A stretch of 64,000 nucleotides of DNA from a virus, in the IMG/VR virus record IMGVR_UViG_3300043434_000693, positions 1 through 64,000 of that record; one strand, given 5' to 3'. A model generated the notes under the pieces. It worked only from the letters and a program-made list of their open reading frames with translations, ran no database searches and was not told where the DNA came from. Positions 1 through 10,613 of this stretch are shown here, piece by piece. A program made the position numbers and the translations under genes. Each line of letters begins with the position of its first letter. The first letter of the stretch is position 1.

Positions 1-2
1 CA

Positions 3-635
3 ACAACCGAAACTAGCGATAAACGATTATTCAATTATAATGTTAGACCTTCGCTAGATTTAATTTATTTCTGCAGAGATAATAATATAAAATTACAATA
101 CGCTAGTTCAGCAAGTGTGTATGGTAATCTGTCAAAAGAAAAATGGCATTCTTCAAATAAAGAGTTATCACCTCTTAACAAATATGCGAGTTCTAAAAAA
201 GAAATTGATTATGTTTCAAATCTAGTTATTAATAGTACTAGACCGCCTGTGTTGTTACAAGGAATGAGGTACTTTAATGTGTACGGGCCAAATGAAGATC
301 ACAAAGGCGATCAATCTAGCCCGCATCATAAATTTAAAACTCAATTATTAGAAACAGGAAAGATCAGATTGTTTGAAGGATCTAAAGAGTTTTATCGAGA
401 TTTTGTTTCTGTAGAAAAAGTAATTGAATTAAAATTAAAAGCATTAGAATCTATGCCGTCAGGTTTTTATGATGTAGGAACAAGTAATCCTAAGTCTTTT
501 TACGAAATAGCTGTACAAGTTTGTCAAGAAAACGGCATCGAGAATTCAAACGACTATATCGAATGGATTTCAATGCCGAATAACTTATCATCTCATTACC
601 AACGGTATTCTTACGCTGATTCTTCTTGGGTTTAA
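3..635 (+). CDS. NAD-dependent epimerase/dehydratase, ADP-L-glycero-D-manno-heptose 6-epimerase (HldD/RfaD)-like; 5'-truncated by window edge
   Basis: Frame is open from position 3 (TTETSDKRLFNYN...YASSASVYG). Extended-SDR motifs YASSASVYG, YxxxK (YASSK), RYFNVYGPNEDHKG and RDFVSV are typical of HldD. Confidence 0.8.
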   Translation, partial: TTETSDKRLFNYNVRPSLDLIYFCRDNNIKLQYASSASVYGNLSKEKWHSSNKELSPLNKYASSKKEIDYVSNLVINSTRPPVLLQGMRYFNVYGPNEDHKGDQSSPHHKFKTQLLETGKIRLFEGSKEFYRDFVSVEKVIELKLKALESMPSGFYDVGTSNPKSFYEIAVQVCQENGIENSNDYIEWISMPNNLSSHYQRYSYADSSWV

Positions 636-3600
636 GCCTGCGCTTCGCCCCATCTTAATACAATATTACAGTTAATAGCTGCACCTGTTGCCTTATAAAC
701 ATTAATTGCAAGAACGTCTGGACCATTTGGATACGTTCCTCTTCCTCCTAATGTTGTATTTGTTAATTCTTTTAAATCCGATAATGATAATACCGAATTT
801 GACGACGGAGCAGCAATGAATGAAAATACTGTTTCGCCAGGTTGCGCATATGGAGCAGCACCAAATTTAAATGTAATCGTAGTTGTTCCTGCGGTTATTG
901 CAGTTGAAGTCGATGTTTGATTAAATGTTACACGATAGTATTGTGTTCCAAAATACGACAATAACGAAGAAGTATTAACAAATGTACCAGCTGGGAACAA
1001 TACATCACTTACTTCTGTTCCTGCTTTCGCACCTGCAGATTCCCAACTTAATTTTTGGAAGAACATAGTACTAGTATTACTTAACGGATATGCCTTTGTA
1101 ACTGTTAATGTAGCATTGCCGTTAACATTTTGATTTGCTGCTTGACTTAGATACAAATAATAAATTGGACCAAGAGTTCCGTCGTTATACCAATATGCAA
1201 TACTTTGTATAGTAGTATTTGCTGCAATACCAGTTCCGCTTATTCTGTCGCCCGCTGCGAGGCCATTAGCAATATATGTATTATAATTAGACTGTGTTAG
1301 CGCAAGATACCTGTCACCATTTTGAATGCCTCTATTACTTCTCCAAGATAATGCAGACACAGTGATTGATCCAGTTAAGAATGCTTGAGAAGTAACTGCT
1401 GCTGTGGTTTGTGATGCACTAGACCAAACAACAGAACCTCCTGGTGCAATCTGTGCAAAACTAGGTTGTCCACCTTGCGCCGAACTTTGTAGCCCTGTCC
1501 ATGTAATATCGCTTACGTTAGCAGGATAATTTTGCGGGTTTAATACCCCTTCAACAACAATACCGCCTGTTCCAGTGTCCGAAGTAATCGCAATTTCTTT
1601 TAATAACAATTGCGCTCTATTTAGAAGTTCTCTATCTCCTAGGTCTCCAACAATCGCATTACTTACACTAGGTGCTAAACGGATTAAGAATGCAGTTTGC
1701 CTAGTTGTAGTAATCGAAACATTAGTTGCTGCGTAGTTAAAGATGTAACCGCGGTCTTCATCAAATCTACCATCAGTTAGCATAGCAGATCCCCAGTGAC
1801 TAATGATAGGGCTAATAGTGTTACTTACTAGTACCACACCGGTATTGTACTCGTGTGTTACTGCTGTACTAGCGGTAAATGTTCTTTGCGCGCCGCCGAC
1901 AAAATTAACCATAGGTGCAGCTCGAGTGCATCCAGTTAATGTATTACCAGATTTTCCATTAAATGCAATTAGTTCATTATCGATATATACAATTCCTGAT
2001 TCATTAGGGAAGTTAGATGCATCCATTAACGGAATTGTAGTTTGTGTCGCAGTAATCGATGATGCTAATTTTCCAATAGCACTTTCATTAATAACTTCAT
2101 ATCTTACCGGCATGTTACCAGTTCGCATGTATGCTTCAGTATTAACATTTGAATTACGAATACGATGACAGAACACGTAATTACCGTCACTGCCTCTTAG
2201 CATGTAATCGATAAATCCTGCACCATACCATGTCCATTGCATACCGATCATTTGCATTTTAGAAATATCAAGTTGATAACCACTAGGGCCGGTTCCGTCA
2301 AGTCTATCAATGTTAAATTGACTTTGTGGTACAACAAGATCTTGTACTAAACAAATTTTTGCTTGAACGGCATTACTAGCTCCTCGATAATCAGGATTTA
2401 CCGTCATTGATGTTTGACTTAACACATTAGTAACTGTATGTGTCATCCCTTTAATTACAATCTTGTCGCCGGCTTTAACTTGGTCTCTAAATCTTGTATT
2501 CGTTCCTGTAAGTAAATTACCATCTCTAGCAATATCAGCTACACCAACAAGTTGAAATGTGCTTGAACGTCGAACAACTGATAATTCTTTTCCGTTATAT
2601 TGCCAGAACATTCCGTTTTGATCGTCGTATGTACCAGCGCGAACACTTGCACCGTGCCATTCTTGTAATGACATTTGAGCTGTGGTACCTAATGTAGCAA
2701 TAGTATTCGCTAATACTGACTGTGCTTGAACCTTTAATGTTCGTTCGTTTACAACATCAGTAATTGTGTACGAACCGTTATATCCAGATGTATCAACACC
2801 GATAATCTTTATAACACCACCGACTTGACATCCGTGATCAACATCATCTGTTACAAGTGTAATGAATGACCCTATTGCAGTTCCTGTTGATGTTAACGAT
2901 TGGATATTATAACTAGGTGCAAATAAAGCACCAGTTGTATACATTATTCCTTTACCTGATTGATAACGAATGTATTTTTTACTCATACGTATTGCTTGCG
3001 CACCGTGCTGAGGGCCACCTGTGCCTAATTGCACGCCGCCGTCATATGGTCGATGTATGAAATAGCTGTCTGCTCTAGTATATACTATTCCAGATAAAGA
3101 CGTAGTTTCGTCAATAGTTCCTGCTGTTCTTGCAGTATATCTTATTTTAGTTGTGCTCGGAACCTGTTCTACATAGAACGGTCCTTTAGCAAGCTCATGA
3201 TTAGTTCCGGCACTACTAATATCAATCATTATTCCTGCACCAGGAATTAATCCGTGTGCAGTTGTAAATGTAACTTCCATTAGAGCAATTGCAGTTGAAG
3301 AAATCGTTGTTCCTGCTGGAATCAATGCTGTTGTTATTTCTGTAAATGAAATTGAAGAATAAAAGTCAACTGATGTGCCTGCCGGACCAGATCCAGCAAT
3401 AGTTATACCGGTAATTTGTCCACCTGACACAGTTGTTATTGTAAGTGTTGCATCATGGGTTGGACTCGAACCTCCTAGATCTGTTCCTAATATTAGTATT
3501 CGTTCTCCAACAAAATAATTCGACCCACTTACATTAACAGATGCATTATATGATGTTCCAGTTTTTGTTATATTAAAGGTTGCATTAGCTCCTATCGGTA

Positions 3601-6600
3601 AAACATTATTACCTGTTTTCAAAGTAAATGTAAAATCACTTGAAATTGCTGTACCAGAATAGGTAATCGAAGTTATCGGTCCTAGCGGACCTGCACCAGA
3701 TATAGATCCTACTGTAATAATTAAATCGTTTGTTGGTGTTGAACCCCCCAGATTTGCACCGCTTATTGTTATCTGTTGACCGACTGCATATCCTGCTCCG
3801 CCCAATGATAATGTCGGTGTATAAGATCCTGCTGTGCGATCTACATTAAATGTTGCACCGGATCCAGATGTTGTATATGGTGCAACACCGGTATATGTTC
3901 CATCGGTAGATGATCCAGTTCCTACAAAAGAGAATGTTGAAATTCCTCCTAATGGACCGGCGCCGTCTATTGCAGTAACGGTAATTGTAAGATCATTTGC
4001 AGGTGTTGCTCCGCCTAAGTTTGCACCACTCAATGTCACAGTTTGGCCGACCGTATACGATGATCCTGCATTTGCTAACGTAACAGAATATGCAGTTGAG
4101 GAAACTGTTACATTAAATGTTGATCCTGAACCTGACACACTTGTTTGAGCTACACCGGTATAAACAGCATCTCCGCTTACACTATCTCCGTTAAATGCAA
4201 CTGCGGTTACGCCGCCTCCGCCGTCGATACCTGTAACAGTTATAGTTAAATCGTTTGCAGGACTTGCACCGTCTAAATCTGTACCTAAAATTAAGATTCT
4301 GTCATCTACTTGATAATTAGATCCAGCGGTTGTAGGAGTTACGTTACTATATTCACCGATTGTTCGAGTTACAGAAAATACTGCACCTGCACCAATTGGA
4401 TTAATATTAGTTCCGGGAACATTGACAAAATTAGCAGTATTACCAACTTTAGGAGCAGTAAGAGGAGCAGTAAGATTTACGGTTGTTCCTGCAATACTAC
4501 TTACAAATGTAGAAGTTCCATTACCATTGTCTATCGCCATTCCTTCTAATATCCCAGTGGCATCTGATACTTCTATCTCGGTTTCTCCGATTAATGCATT
4601 TGTTGCTAATGCCGCAGTAACAGCAATTCCTCCAGATCCGACTACGCCCGAAACTTGAGATCCTGATGCTATTCCAGTTCCTGTTAAAGGAGCACCGATC
4701 GACGGTGCAGTTCCACTAAATGCAACTTGGTCTGATCCTAATATCGTGTTAAATTCACTAGTAAATGAACTAGCCGAACCGTTACTGTAAACACTAAATG
4801 CCGGAGTTCCTAACGATGCTCCGGTATAAAATGCTGCTTTTCTTAACTGTGTATAACTTGTAGCAAGGATTTGTCCGTTTGATGTTCCTACTTTTGCAAC
4901 AGCATAATATGTAAATGTAGTAGTTGACGGAACAGAATTGATAATAAATGTTCCTTCTGCTCTACTAAAACCAGTAATAGTATTTGCTAAAGCTCTAACG
5001 GTAATCGGAGTACCAATTGTAAATCCATGAGGGCCGGTCGTGGTTACTGTGATTAATGATTCACCGACTCCGCCTGTACCAATCGAAGCATCTGTAGTAA
5101 CAGTAACAACCGATGTATCTGTACCCGGAACTTCGTATACAGACGGATATCCTCTTGATAATCCAATAGCTTGCCATTTTGTTGGCTGTAATCCGTATTC
5201 AAAGTCTGCATCTAGCATCGACTGCGGAGCAGCAATACGCATACGTTCAATAGCATCTGTTCCAAAATCGTAAGGTCGAACTTTTATTTCGGGCATTTCT
5301 ACAAACATTTGAATACTATCAGTACTCGATGATGTAGAAGTATCTGCATCAAGTGTTAACGTAGTGACATAGTCTGATGTTTGTAAGAATGCCGGAAAAT
5401 CGTCGTCGGTGTAATATCCATTGCTATTATAAGCAGTATTAACATTTGCAACACCTCCTAATTGAGGATCACTAAAGTTGTAGATAATTTGATTATTAGT
5501 TGTGTTAGTTATTAACAATAAGTCTTCAAGAGTGTGATGTCCTTGAACTTTAATAGTAGTTACACCATTAACTAATGCAGGTAGACTATCTAAACCCCCT
5601 GAGATAACATCAGTTAATATAGTTGTTAAGGTTGTTATTCTTACATTAACTCCAATTTCCGGTGTTAATGAAGGATTAATATCTAAATTAACTTCAGTTT
5701 GAAGTGGTGTATATGACTGTCCGTTGATGATTACATCATTAATTAAGTCTCTAATAAATTCATGTGTTACAATTTCCGGCTCTCGACTGCCGTCAACCTG
5801 TGGTAATAGTCCGTTCCAATATCTCGATGATACGTGTCTAATTTGTGCATTTCCGCCGTATCGCAAGTCGTTTAGATATGCATCTAATACATATCCAACA
5901 TCTCTCTCGCATTTAGATTGATCATATATGTAAGCTGCAAAAGGGTATTGGGAATTCGTAATCGGACTAGTAACAAAAATGCTTAATCCGTTAGCAATAA
6001 CATTCGTTAATCTAGTAGATAACGCTGTTATAATTGTACTTGCGCCTGCTTCTCCGTCAGTTCCCGATGTATTTTGAGTAGCAATAACCGGGCTTTGTTG
6101 AGACGTATACAACGTTTTTGTAAAAATATATGTATTAATGATGTTCTTAAGTTGTGTATGCGCTTCAACTTCCGGAGCTCTATTACCGTCAATCTGCGGT
6201 GTACCACTAATCCAATATTGTTTTGACACAGCCGATGTCTTTTCATTTCCGCCATATCTTAGATCGTGTATGTATGCATCAATAACATATCCAACATCCC
6301 TCTTACATTTGGCCGAGTCGTACGTGTACCCAGTAAACGAAGGACTTCCTGCTAACACTTGTGCTGCAATCCATGCTGTAATTTCTTCTTGTAAAAATGT
6401 TTTGTTATTAGTTAATAATGCTACTGCATTTGGAAACAAATTTTCTAAAGTTTCATTAATAATAGAGTCAGCAATAAATGCCGATGCTTCTTTTTTAAGA
6501 AACTCTTTATTATCGTTTATGAGTTCGTGGGCATTTGGAAATAAATTTTCAGATCTCGAAACTCCTGGTAGGAAAACGTAATTTTGTATTCTTTGTTTAG

Positions 6601-6604
6601 CCAT
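632..6604 (-). CDS. Giant virion structural/fibre protein (~1990 aa)
   Basis: Long Thr/Gly/Ser-rich ORF. Likely start is MAKQRIQ at 6604 (GGAG upstream). Contains two N-terminal KCxRDVGY helical repeats and four central ~95-aa Gly-rich repeats; lies in the structural cluster. Confidence 0.7.
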   Translation of the reverse strand: MAKQRIQNYVFLPGVSRSENLFPNAHELINDNKEFLKKEASAFIADSIINETLENLFPNAVALLTNNKTFLQEEITAWIAAQVLAGSPSFTGYTYDSAKCKRDVGYVIDAYIHDLRYGGNEKTSAVSKQYWISGTPQIDGNRAPEVEAHTQLKNIINTYIFTKTLYTSQQSPVIATQNTSGTDGEAGASTIITALSTRLTNVIANGLSIFVTSPITNSQYPFAAYIYDQSKCERDVGYVLDAYLNDLRYGGNAQIRHVSSRYWNGLLPQVDGSREPEIVTHEFIRDLINDVIINGQSYTPLQTEVNLDINPSLTPEIGVNVRITTLTTILTDVISGGLDSLPALVNGVTTIKVQGHHTLEDLLLITNTTNNQIIYNFSDPQLGGVANVNTAYNSNGYYTDDDFPAFLQTSDYVTTLTLDADTSTSSSTDSIQMFVEMPEIKVRPYDFGTDAIERMRIAAPQSMLDADFEYGLQPTKWQAIGLSRGYPSVYEVPGTDTSVVTVTTDASIGTGGVGESLITVTTTGPHGFTIGTPITVRALANTITGFSRAEGTFIINSVPSTTTFTYYAVAKVGTSNGQILATSYTQLRKAAFYTGASLGTPAFSVYSNGSASSFTSEFNTILGSDQVAFSGTAPSIGAPLTGTGIASGSQVSGVVGSGGIAVTAALATNALIGETEIEVSDATGILEGMAIDNGNGTSTFVSSIAGTTVNLTAPLTAPKVGNTANFVNVPGTNINPIGAGAVFSVTRTIGEYSNVTPTTAGSNYQVDDRILILGTDLDGASPANDLTITVTGIDGGGGVTAVAFNGDSVSGDAVYTGVAQTSVSGSGSTFNVTVSSTAYSVTLANAGSSYTVGQTVTLSGANLGGATPANDLTITVTAIDGAGPLGGISTFSFVGTGSSTDGTYTGVAPYTTSGSGATFNVDRTAGSYTPTLSLGGAGYAVGQQITISGANLGGSTPTNDLIITVGSISGAGPLGPITSITYSGTAISSDFTFTLKTGNNVLPIGANATFNITKTGTSYNASVNVSGSNYFVGERILILGTDLGGSSPTHDATLTITTVSGGQITGITIAGSGPAGTSVDFYSSISFTEITTALIPAGTTISSTAIALMEVTFTTAHGLIPGAGIMIDISSAGTNHELAKGPFYVEQVPSTTKIRYTARTAGTIDETTSLSGIVYTRADSYFIHRPYDGGVQLGTGGPQHGAQAIRMSKKYIRYQSGKGIMYTTGALFAPSYNIQSLTSTGTAIGSFITLVTDDVDHGCQVGGVIKIIGVDTSGYNGSYTITDVVNERTLKVQAQSVLANTIATLGTTAQMSLQEWHGASVRAGTYDDQNGMFWQYNGKELSVVRRSSTFQLVGVADIARDGNLLTGTNTRFRDQVKAGDKIVIKGMTHTVTNVLSQTSMTVNPDYRGASNAVQAKICLVQDLVVPQSQFNIDRLDGTGPSGYQLDISKMQMIGMQWTWYGAGFIDYMLRGSDGNYVFCHRIRNSNVNTEAYMRTGNMPVRYEVINESAIGKLASSITATQTTIPLMDASNFPNESGIVYIDNELIAFNGKSGNTLTGCTRAAPMVNFVGGAQRTFTASTAVTHEYNTGVVLVSNTISPIISHWGSAMLTDGRFDEDRGYIFNYAATNVSITTTRQTAFLIRLAPSVSNAIVGDLGDRELLNRAQLLLKEIAITSDTGTGGIVVEGVLNPQNYPANVSDITWTGLQSSAQGGQPSFAQIAPGGSVVWSSASQTTAAVTSQAFLTGSITVSALSWRSNRGIQNGDRYLALTQSNYNTYIANGLAAGDRISGTGIAANTTIQSIAYWYNDGTLGPIYYLYLSQAANQNVNGNATLTVTKAYPLSNTSTMFFQKLSWESAGAKAGTEVSDVLFPAGTFVNTSSLLSYFGTQYYRVTFNQTSTSTAITAGTTTITFKFGAAPYAQPGETVFSFIAAPSSNSVLSLSDLKELTNTTLGGRGTYPNGPDVLAINVYKATGAAINCNIVLRWGEAQA
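3380..4400 (-). repeat. Four tandem ~95-aa repeats (GAxFxV..G.Y...G.xY.VG..I.I.GxxLGGxxPxNDLxITV) in the giant fibre protein
   Basis: Visible in the translation (LDGASPANDLTITV, LGGATPANDLTITV, LGGSTPTNDLIITV, LGGSSPTHDATLTI). One more copy (VGGASPLNDVSITV) occurs in the 14922-21674 protein. Boundaries approximate. Confidence 0.85.
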
Positions 6605-6611
6605 AAAATTC

Positions 6612-7298
6612 TTATACTCCAAATGCTATCGAAAACGCAGATATCCTAGTATCTACATAGTCTTTTCTAACAGCTTGATTATTGTTTGTCGGGGGATTGT
6701 TTATTTGTAAATCATTAACTATTACTGTACCTGTGCCTTGAGGGTCAATAATAATATCGTCATTTGTTTCTGCTGTAATAGTTGAATTATTAAATGAAAT
6801 TGTTCCAGTTGAAGTGGTTTTCCAACTAGTACCGTTATAGTAATTGATAGCGTTATCTTCAGAATTGAAGATAATATCTCCTAATTCAGCATCTATTAAA
6901 TCACGATCATTTTCGGTATATGATAAAATTTGTAAAGGGCTATTACTAACAACTACACGTGTACCAGAATCTAAAATTATAGTATCAGTATTCGTTAAAT
7001 TTCCTGTTATTAATTCGGTGATAATAGTTAAATTTGTTATTTCCGCTGTTTCTATAATACTATTAACCGACTCAGTATCGTTGAATACAACTAGTTGATT
7101 CAAAAATTCTATAGTTCCATTATCTACTGAATCTATAGTTGCATTTTCAAATATAAAATTTTCAAGTGTAAATTCAGCTGTTGATTCGATAGAGTTTGCT
7201 ATTACAGAATTAACTGTCATAACTCCCGACGAGCTCACAGAAAAATTAGGACTTTGAAAGCCATACTCTGATCGTAATGGTTTGTAATCTATCGACAT
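6612..7298 (-). CDS. Putative virion structural protein (fibre connector-like)
   Basis: 228-aa ORF with GDIIFNS..INYYNGTSW and AVRKDYVD fibre motifs and a hydrophobic C-terminus AFSIAFGV; late box upstream. Confidence 0.55.
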   Translation of the reverse strand: MSIDYKPLRSEYGFQSPNFSVSSSGVMTVNSVIANSIESTAEFTLENFIFENATIDSVDNGTIEFLNQLVVFNDTESVNSIIETAEITNLTIITELITGNLTNTDTIILDSGTRVVVSNSPLQILSYTENDRDLIDAELGDIIFNSEDNAINYYNGTSWKTTSTGTISFNNSTITAETNDDIIIDPQGTGTVIVNDLQINNPPTNNNQAVRKDYVDTRISAFSIAFGV

Positions 7299-7315
7299 TG
7301 ATCGTTCCTTTTGTA

Positions 7316-7323
7316 TATTTATC
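7316..7323 (-). promoter_or_regulatory. T4-type late promoter box GATAAATA
   Basis: NATAAATA 17 nt upstream of the 7298 start; same motif recurs upstream of structural genes. Confidence 0.65.
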
Positions 7324-7329
7324 TAGTGA

Positions 7330-7731
7330 TTATGCTTCTATTTCGTTTAGAGTGTAATAGTAGTTTGCACTAAAAATTACCTTACTCCCAGATACAGAAG
7401 TACTAGCAGGAGAGACTTTCAAATATACTCTAGAACTATCAACAGTGGCCGTTAAATTAATTAAATTTTCGTTTAAAGACGTACGACCGTAAACTGTTAA
7501 ATCTGCGTTGTCCGGACTAGCAACTAGCACACATTTAATAACTTCTTTTTTATGAGTGTTATAATCTACTGTAATAGTATAATCAGCACTAGCAAAGTCA
7601 CCTACATACCATTCATCAATAACTATAGTGTCTGCAACAGTTACCCAAGGTCCTTTATAGGAAAACTGAGTTCCGTTAATTAATCGTAAAGTATTGTGCA
7701 GACCTTGGATAAAATATTTTTTAAAGTTCAT
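7330..7731 (-). CDS. Hypothetical virion protein (133 aa)
   Basis: Start re-assigned to ATG 7731 (AAAGGA RBS; late box and terminator lie between 7748 and 7785). Beta-rich composition. Confidence 0.6.
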   Translation of the reverse strand: MNFKKYFIQGLHNTLRLINGTQFSYKGPWVTVADTIVIDEWYVGDFASADYTITVDYNTHKKEVIKCVLVASPDNADLTVYGRTSLNENLINLTATVDSSRVYLKVSPASTSVSGSKVIFSANYYYTLNEIEA

Positions 7732-7747
7732 TTTTAATCCTTTTAGA

Positions 7748-7755
7748 TATTTATG
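7748..7755 (-). promoter_or_regulatory. Late promoter box CATAAATA
   Basis: Lies immediately after a terminator and upstream of the 7731 start. Confidence 0.65.
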
Positions 7756-7756
7756 C

Positions 7757-7785
7757 AAAAAAAAGCACCAATTAATTGGTGCTTT
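7757..7785 (-). terminator. Rho-independent terminator after the carbamoyltransferase gene
   Basis: AAAGCACCA-ATTAAT-TGGTGCTTT hairpin running into a T8 tract on the minus strand. Confidence 0.8.
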
Positions 7786-7795
7786 GATTAGAACT

Positions 7796-9595
7796 TTAAT
7801 TTGCAATTTTTATTAATTTTCCGTATTCGGGCAAATACAGATATTCGATATCGCTGTTTGCTAATGTTTCAACAGCATCAAATAATGTTTCAACTAATGG
7901 ATCTCCTCCGAGATTAAAACTAGTGTTAAATAAAATTGGACATCCGGTTGCATTATAGAAAGTGTTAATTAACTCGTAATAATGTTTATTTTGTTCTGGT
8001 GTTACTGTTTGAATTCGACAAGTTCCGTCGATATGAATAATGCTCGGAATCTTTTCTTCGACTCCGGGCTGACAATTAACAGCATACATCATTGTCGGAC
8101 TTTCGTCCATTCCTCTTAAATCAAACCATTCGTGGACATGTTCTTTTAGAATAGTACCTGCAAATGGTCTAAAATATTCTCTACGTTTAACACCATTAAC
8201 AAAATCTTTTCCGTCTTTAAATCTCGGATCAAATAATACCGATCTGTTTCCTAATGCTCGAGGACCGTTTTCGCTTCTTCCTTGGAAAATAGTAACAATA
8301 TTTTTTTGAGTTAATAAATTAACAATATCATCGGGCGTAGCGTTAGTTATTTCAGCGGCATGTGTTTCTGCATAACTGTTTATTTCATCGTCAGAATAGC
8401 AATACTGCGGACCTAAATACAAAGTATCTGCACGAGGACTTACAGTTGTATCTTCACTCAATGCTCTCCAAAACATTAAACTCGCACCGATAGCTGTTCC
8501 GGCATCATTACTTACTGGTTCACAATATAACTCGATACCGGCATCTTTTAATGCTTCGAGATAGTAATAGTTTGCTACGCAATTTAATCCAAATCCGCCG
8601 CTTAATACAACTTTCTTTCTTCCGGTCATTTGTACTGCTTTTTTAATCAGCTTAACTACTTGTTCTTGAGTTTGTGTTTGACATGCATACGCAAGGTCTC
8701 TTCGATTTTGTAATTTAGTAATGTCAGATGCATTACTATCAGTTAATTCGTCAAATAATGTAGCATTAACCCACGCCCCATTTGGATATGTTGGAACAAT
8801 AGCGTTTCTATTTGACATCGGGTAAATGCCAGATTCATCAAATAATTTTGGTATATTGTCGTTCGGTGCTCCATAAGGGAACAACCCCATAGTTTTACCA
8901 GCTTCGATCGAACTCCATCCGCAATATTGGGTAACTGCTTCGTATACTTTAGTAATCCCAGCTCTTTCTGAAATTAAGCACTCATGTGTTCCTTCTTCAT
9001 CATATAAATTGCTGTTAAAATCTTTAACTAACCCTCCAACATTTGGTCCTCGTAAACCAATATGCTTAAAAATAGTTTTAAATTCTGCTGGATAATTGCA
9101 ATTAATAATCGATTCAACTTCCCATCCGGTTTCATGTTGATTATCAATTTGTAAAGGAATAAATGTTCCAGCACCGTCGACAACTACTGAAACTGCTTCG
9201 TCGAACCCTGATCGATAAAAAGAACAAGCAGAATGAAGTTTATGGTGCATATGGCTCATATCAATCACTTGCGGATGATTTCTACCTTTATACGATCTAT
9301 CTATCAATCCTAACTTTCTAGCTAATCCGGTATACACATCATCGCCGCTATAGTCAACTCTTCCTGCTGTATCTTGCAAACTTTGTGTATGTGCTACAAC
9401 AAGATAATCTAATCGATCAGTATATTCTAAGATTTTAACAATCGATGCATATGGTCCACCATCGTATTTTGCTCGTGTTATACGTTCTTCTTCGATTGAA
9501 AAAACAATTTCCCCATCTTTAAGTAAACATACTCCAGCATTATGCCCTCTTGCTATACCGGCAATCCAAACTGGTTTCTTTGTTTCGTTAGTCAT
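7796..9595 (-). CDS. Carbamoyltransferase, NodU/CmcH/TobZ family
   Basis: N-terminal GHNAGVCLLKDG..EEERITRAK, HHKLH, VVDGAG, GKTMGL, LSGGFGLNCVAN, NDAGTAIGA, GRSENGPRALGNRS, KRREYFRPFA, HIDGTCRIQTV and NTSFNLGGDPLVET. Confidence 0.93.
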   Translation of the reverse strand: MTNETKKPVWIAGIARGHNAGVCLLKDGEIVFSIEEERITRAKYDGGPYASIVKILEYTDRLDYLVVAHTQSLQDTAGRVDYSGDDVYTGLARKLGLIDRSYKGRNHPQVIDMSHMHHKLHSACSFYRSGFDEAVSVVVDGAGTFIPLQIDNQHETGWEVESIINCNYPAEFKTIFKHIGLRGPNVGGLVKDFNSNLYDEEGTHECLISERAGITKVYEAVTQYCGWSSIEAGKTMGLFPYGAPNDNIPKLFDESGIYPMSNRNAIVPTYPNGAWVNATLFDELTDSNASDITKLQNRRDLAYACQTQTQEQVVKLIKKAVQMTGRKKVVLSGGFGLNCVANYYYLEALKDAGIELYCEPVSNDAGTAIGASLMFWRALSEDTTVSPRADTLYLGPQYCYSDDEINSYAETHAAEITNATPDDIVNLLTQKNIVTIFQGRSENGPRALGNRSVLFDPRFKDGKDFVNGVKRREYFRPFAGTILKEHVHEWFDLRGMDESPTMMYAVNCQPGVEEKIPSIIHIDGTCRIQTVTPEQNKHYYELINTFYNATGCPILFNTSFNLGGDPLVETLFDAVETLANSDIEYLYLPEYGKLIKIAN

Positions 9596-10528
9596 TTATT
9601 TCTTTCCTGTAACCGTTTCTATAACAACTTTAATAATATCGTCATTCATTGACATTATACCTTCATGCTTTCTATCAAGACGCTCGTCGACTGCTATTCG
9701 TATAGGACTATATTCTCGTTCAAGTTCTCCCATATCAAGTATGTTCACATGTTTGCAATCAGGGTAAGAAACATTTATAGGGAATGTTGAGCCCGTTACA
9801 ACCGTCGATTTAGAATCAACACAATATGCTAAATGTTGTCCTAAACTATCGCAACCAAGAAAATGATCTGCATATTTGATAATAGCGGCCCATACTCGAA
9901 TACCTACGTTTTCGGGCATTGCAAGCTCGTCTTTTAAATTAGCTTCTTTAAAATCGACACCAAATTCGCTCATTAAAATTACAGCATAATTCTTATCTTG
10001 CAATCTCCGAATAATGTTTTTAATGTCTCTAAATTCAAAACTTCTATTAGAACGATCAACAAATGACCCGTCTATATGCTCAATGCCTCTACCAAATGGC
10101 TGAAAAACAACAACTTTATCTTTTTTGATTTTTTCTTTAACTTCATTTACTAATTGGCGCCCGCTTAACAACTCGTCTTTACTAAGTCGTAGAGTCGGTT
10201 TTGGCAAAGGTCGGATTCCTTTATTATTAATTTCAATATCAAATGCTTGAGCAATGGAACATTTTTGATTGTAATACTCCCAAACACGATAAGGTTCTAA
10301 ACTAATAACATCCATATTAACTAGTTTGTCTCTAAACAAATCTTTGTGCCAATTATCATATACTCGCTTATCTAATGTAGGATGCCCTTTAAATACGTCA
10401 GTTCCGCCTTCGCATACAATTATAAAATTCTCATCACCCGATTCTTCAAGGTATTTTTCAAGTGCTGGAATTGCACATAGTAAACGTCCTGTACCGCCAT
10501 TTAAAAAAAAGGCCTTAGATCTTTGCAT
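9596..10528 (-). CDS. Glycosyltransferase, GT9 (ADP-heptose heptosyltransferase)-like
   Basis: N-terminal GGTGRLLCAIPAL and C-terminal IIKYADHFLGCDSLGQHLA match the GT9 pattern (A..fiG.DSg..HlA). Confidence 0.65.
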   Translation of the reverse strand: MQRSKAFFLNGGTGRLLCAIPALEKYLEESGDENFIIVCEGGTDVFKGHPTLDKRVYDNWHKDLFRDKLVNMDVISLEPYRVWEYYNQKCSIAQAFDIEINNKGIRPLPKPTLRLSKDELLSGRQLVNEVKEKIKKDKVVVFQPFGRGIEHIDGSFVDRSNRSFEFRDIKNIIRRLQDKNYAVILMSEFGVDFKEANLKDELAMPENVGIRVWAAIIKYADHFLGCDSLGQHLAYCVDSKSTVVTGSTFPINVSYPDCKHVNILDMGELEREYSPIRIAVDERLDRKHEGIMSMNDDIIKVVIETVTGKK

Positions 10529-10539
10529 ATATTTCTCCG

Positions 10540-10588
10540 AAAAAAAAGTCCTGTACGGTATATAGCAATAACGCTATTCGTACAGGAC
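10540..10588 (-). terminator. Long terminator-like hairpin directly upstream of the GT gene RBS
   Basis: GTCCTGTACG/CGTACAGGAC 10-bp stem plus inner ATAGC/GCTAT stem, followed by T8 and then CGGAG RBS on the minus strand. Confidence 0.7.
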
Positions 10589-10613
10589 CTTTCTTGAACG
10601 AAATTTAGTCGAT

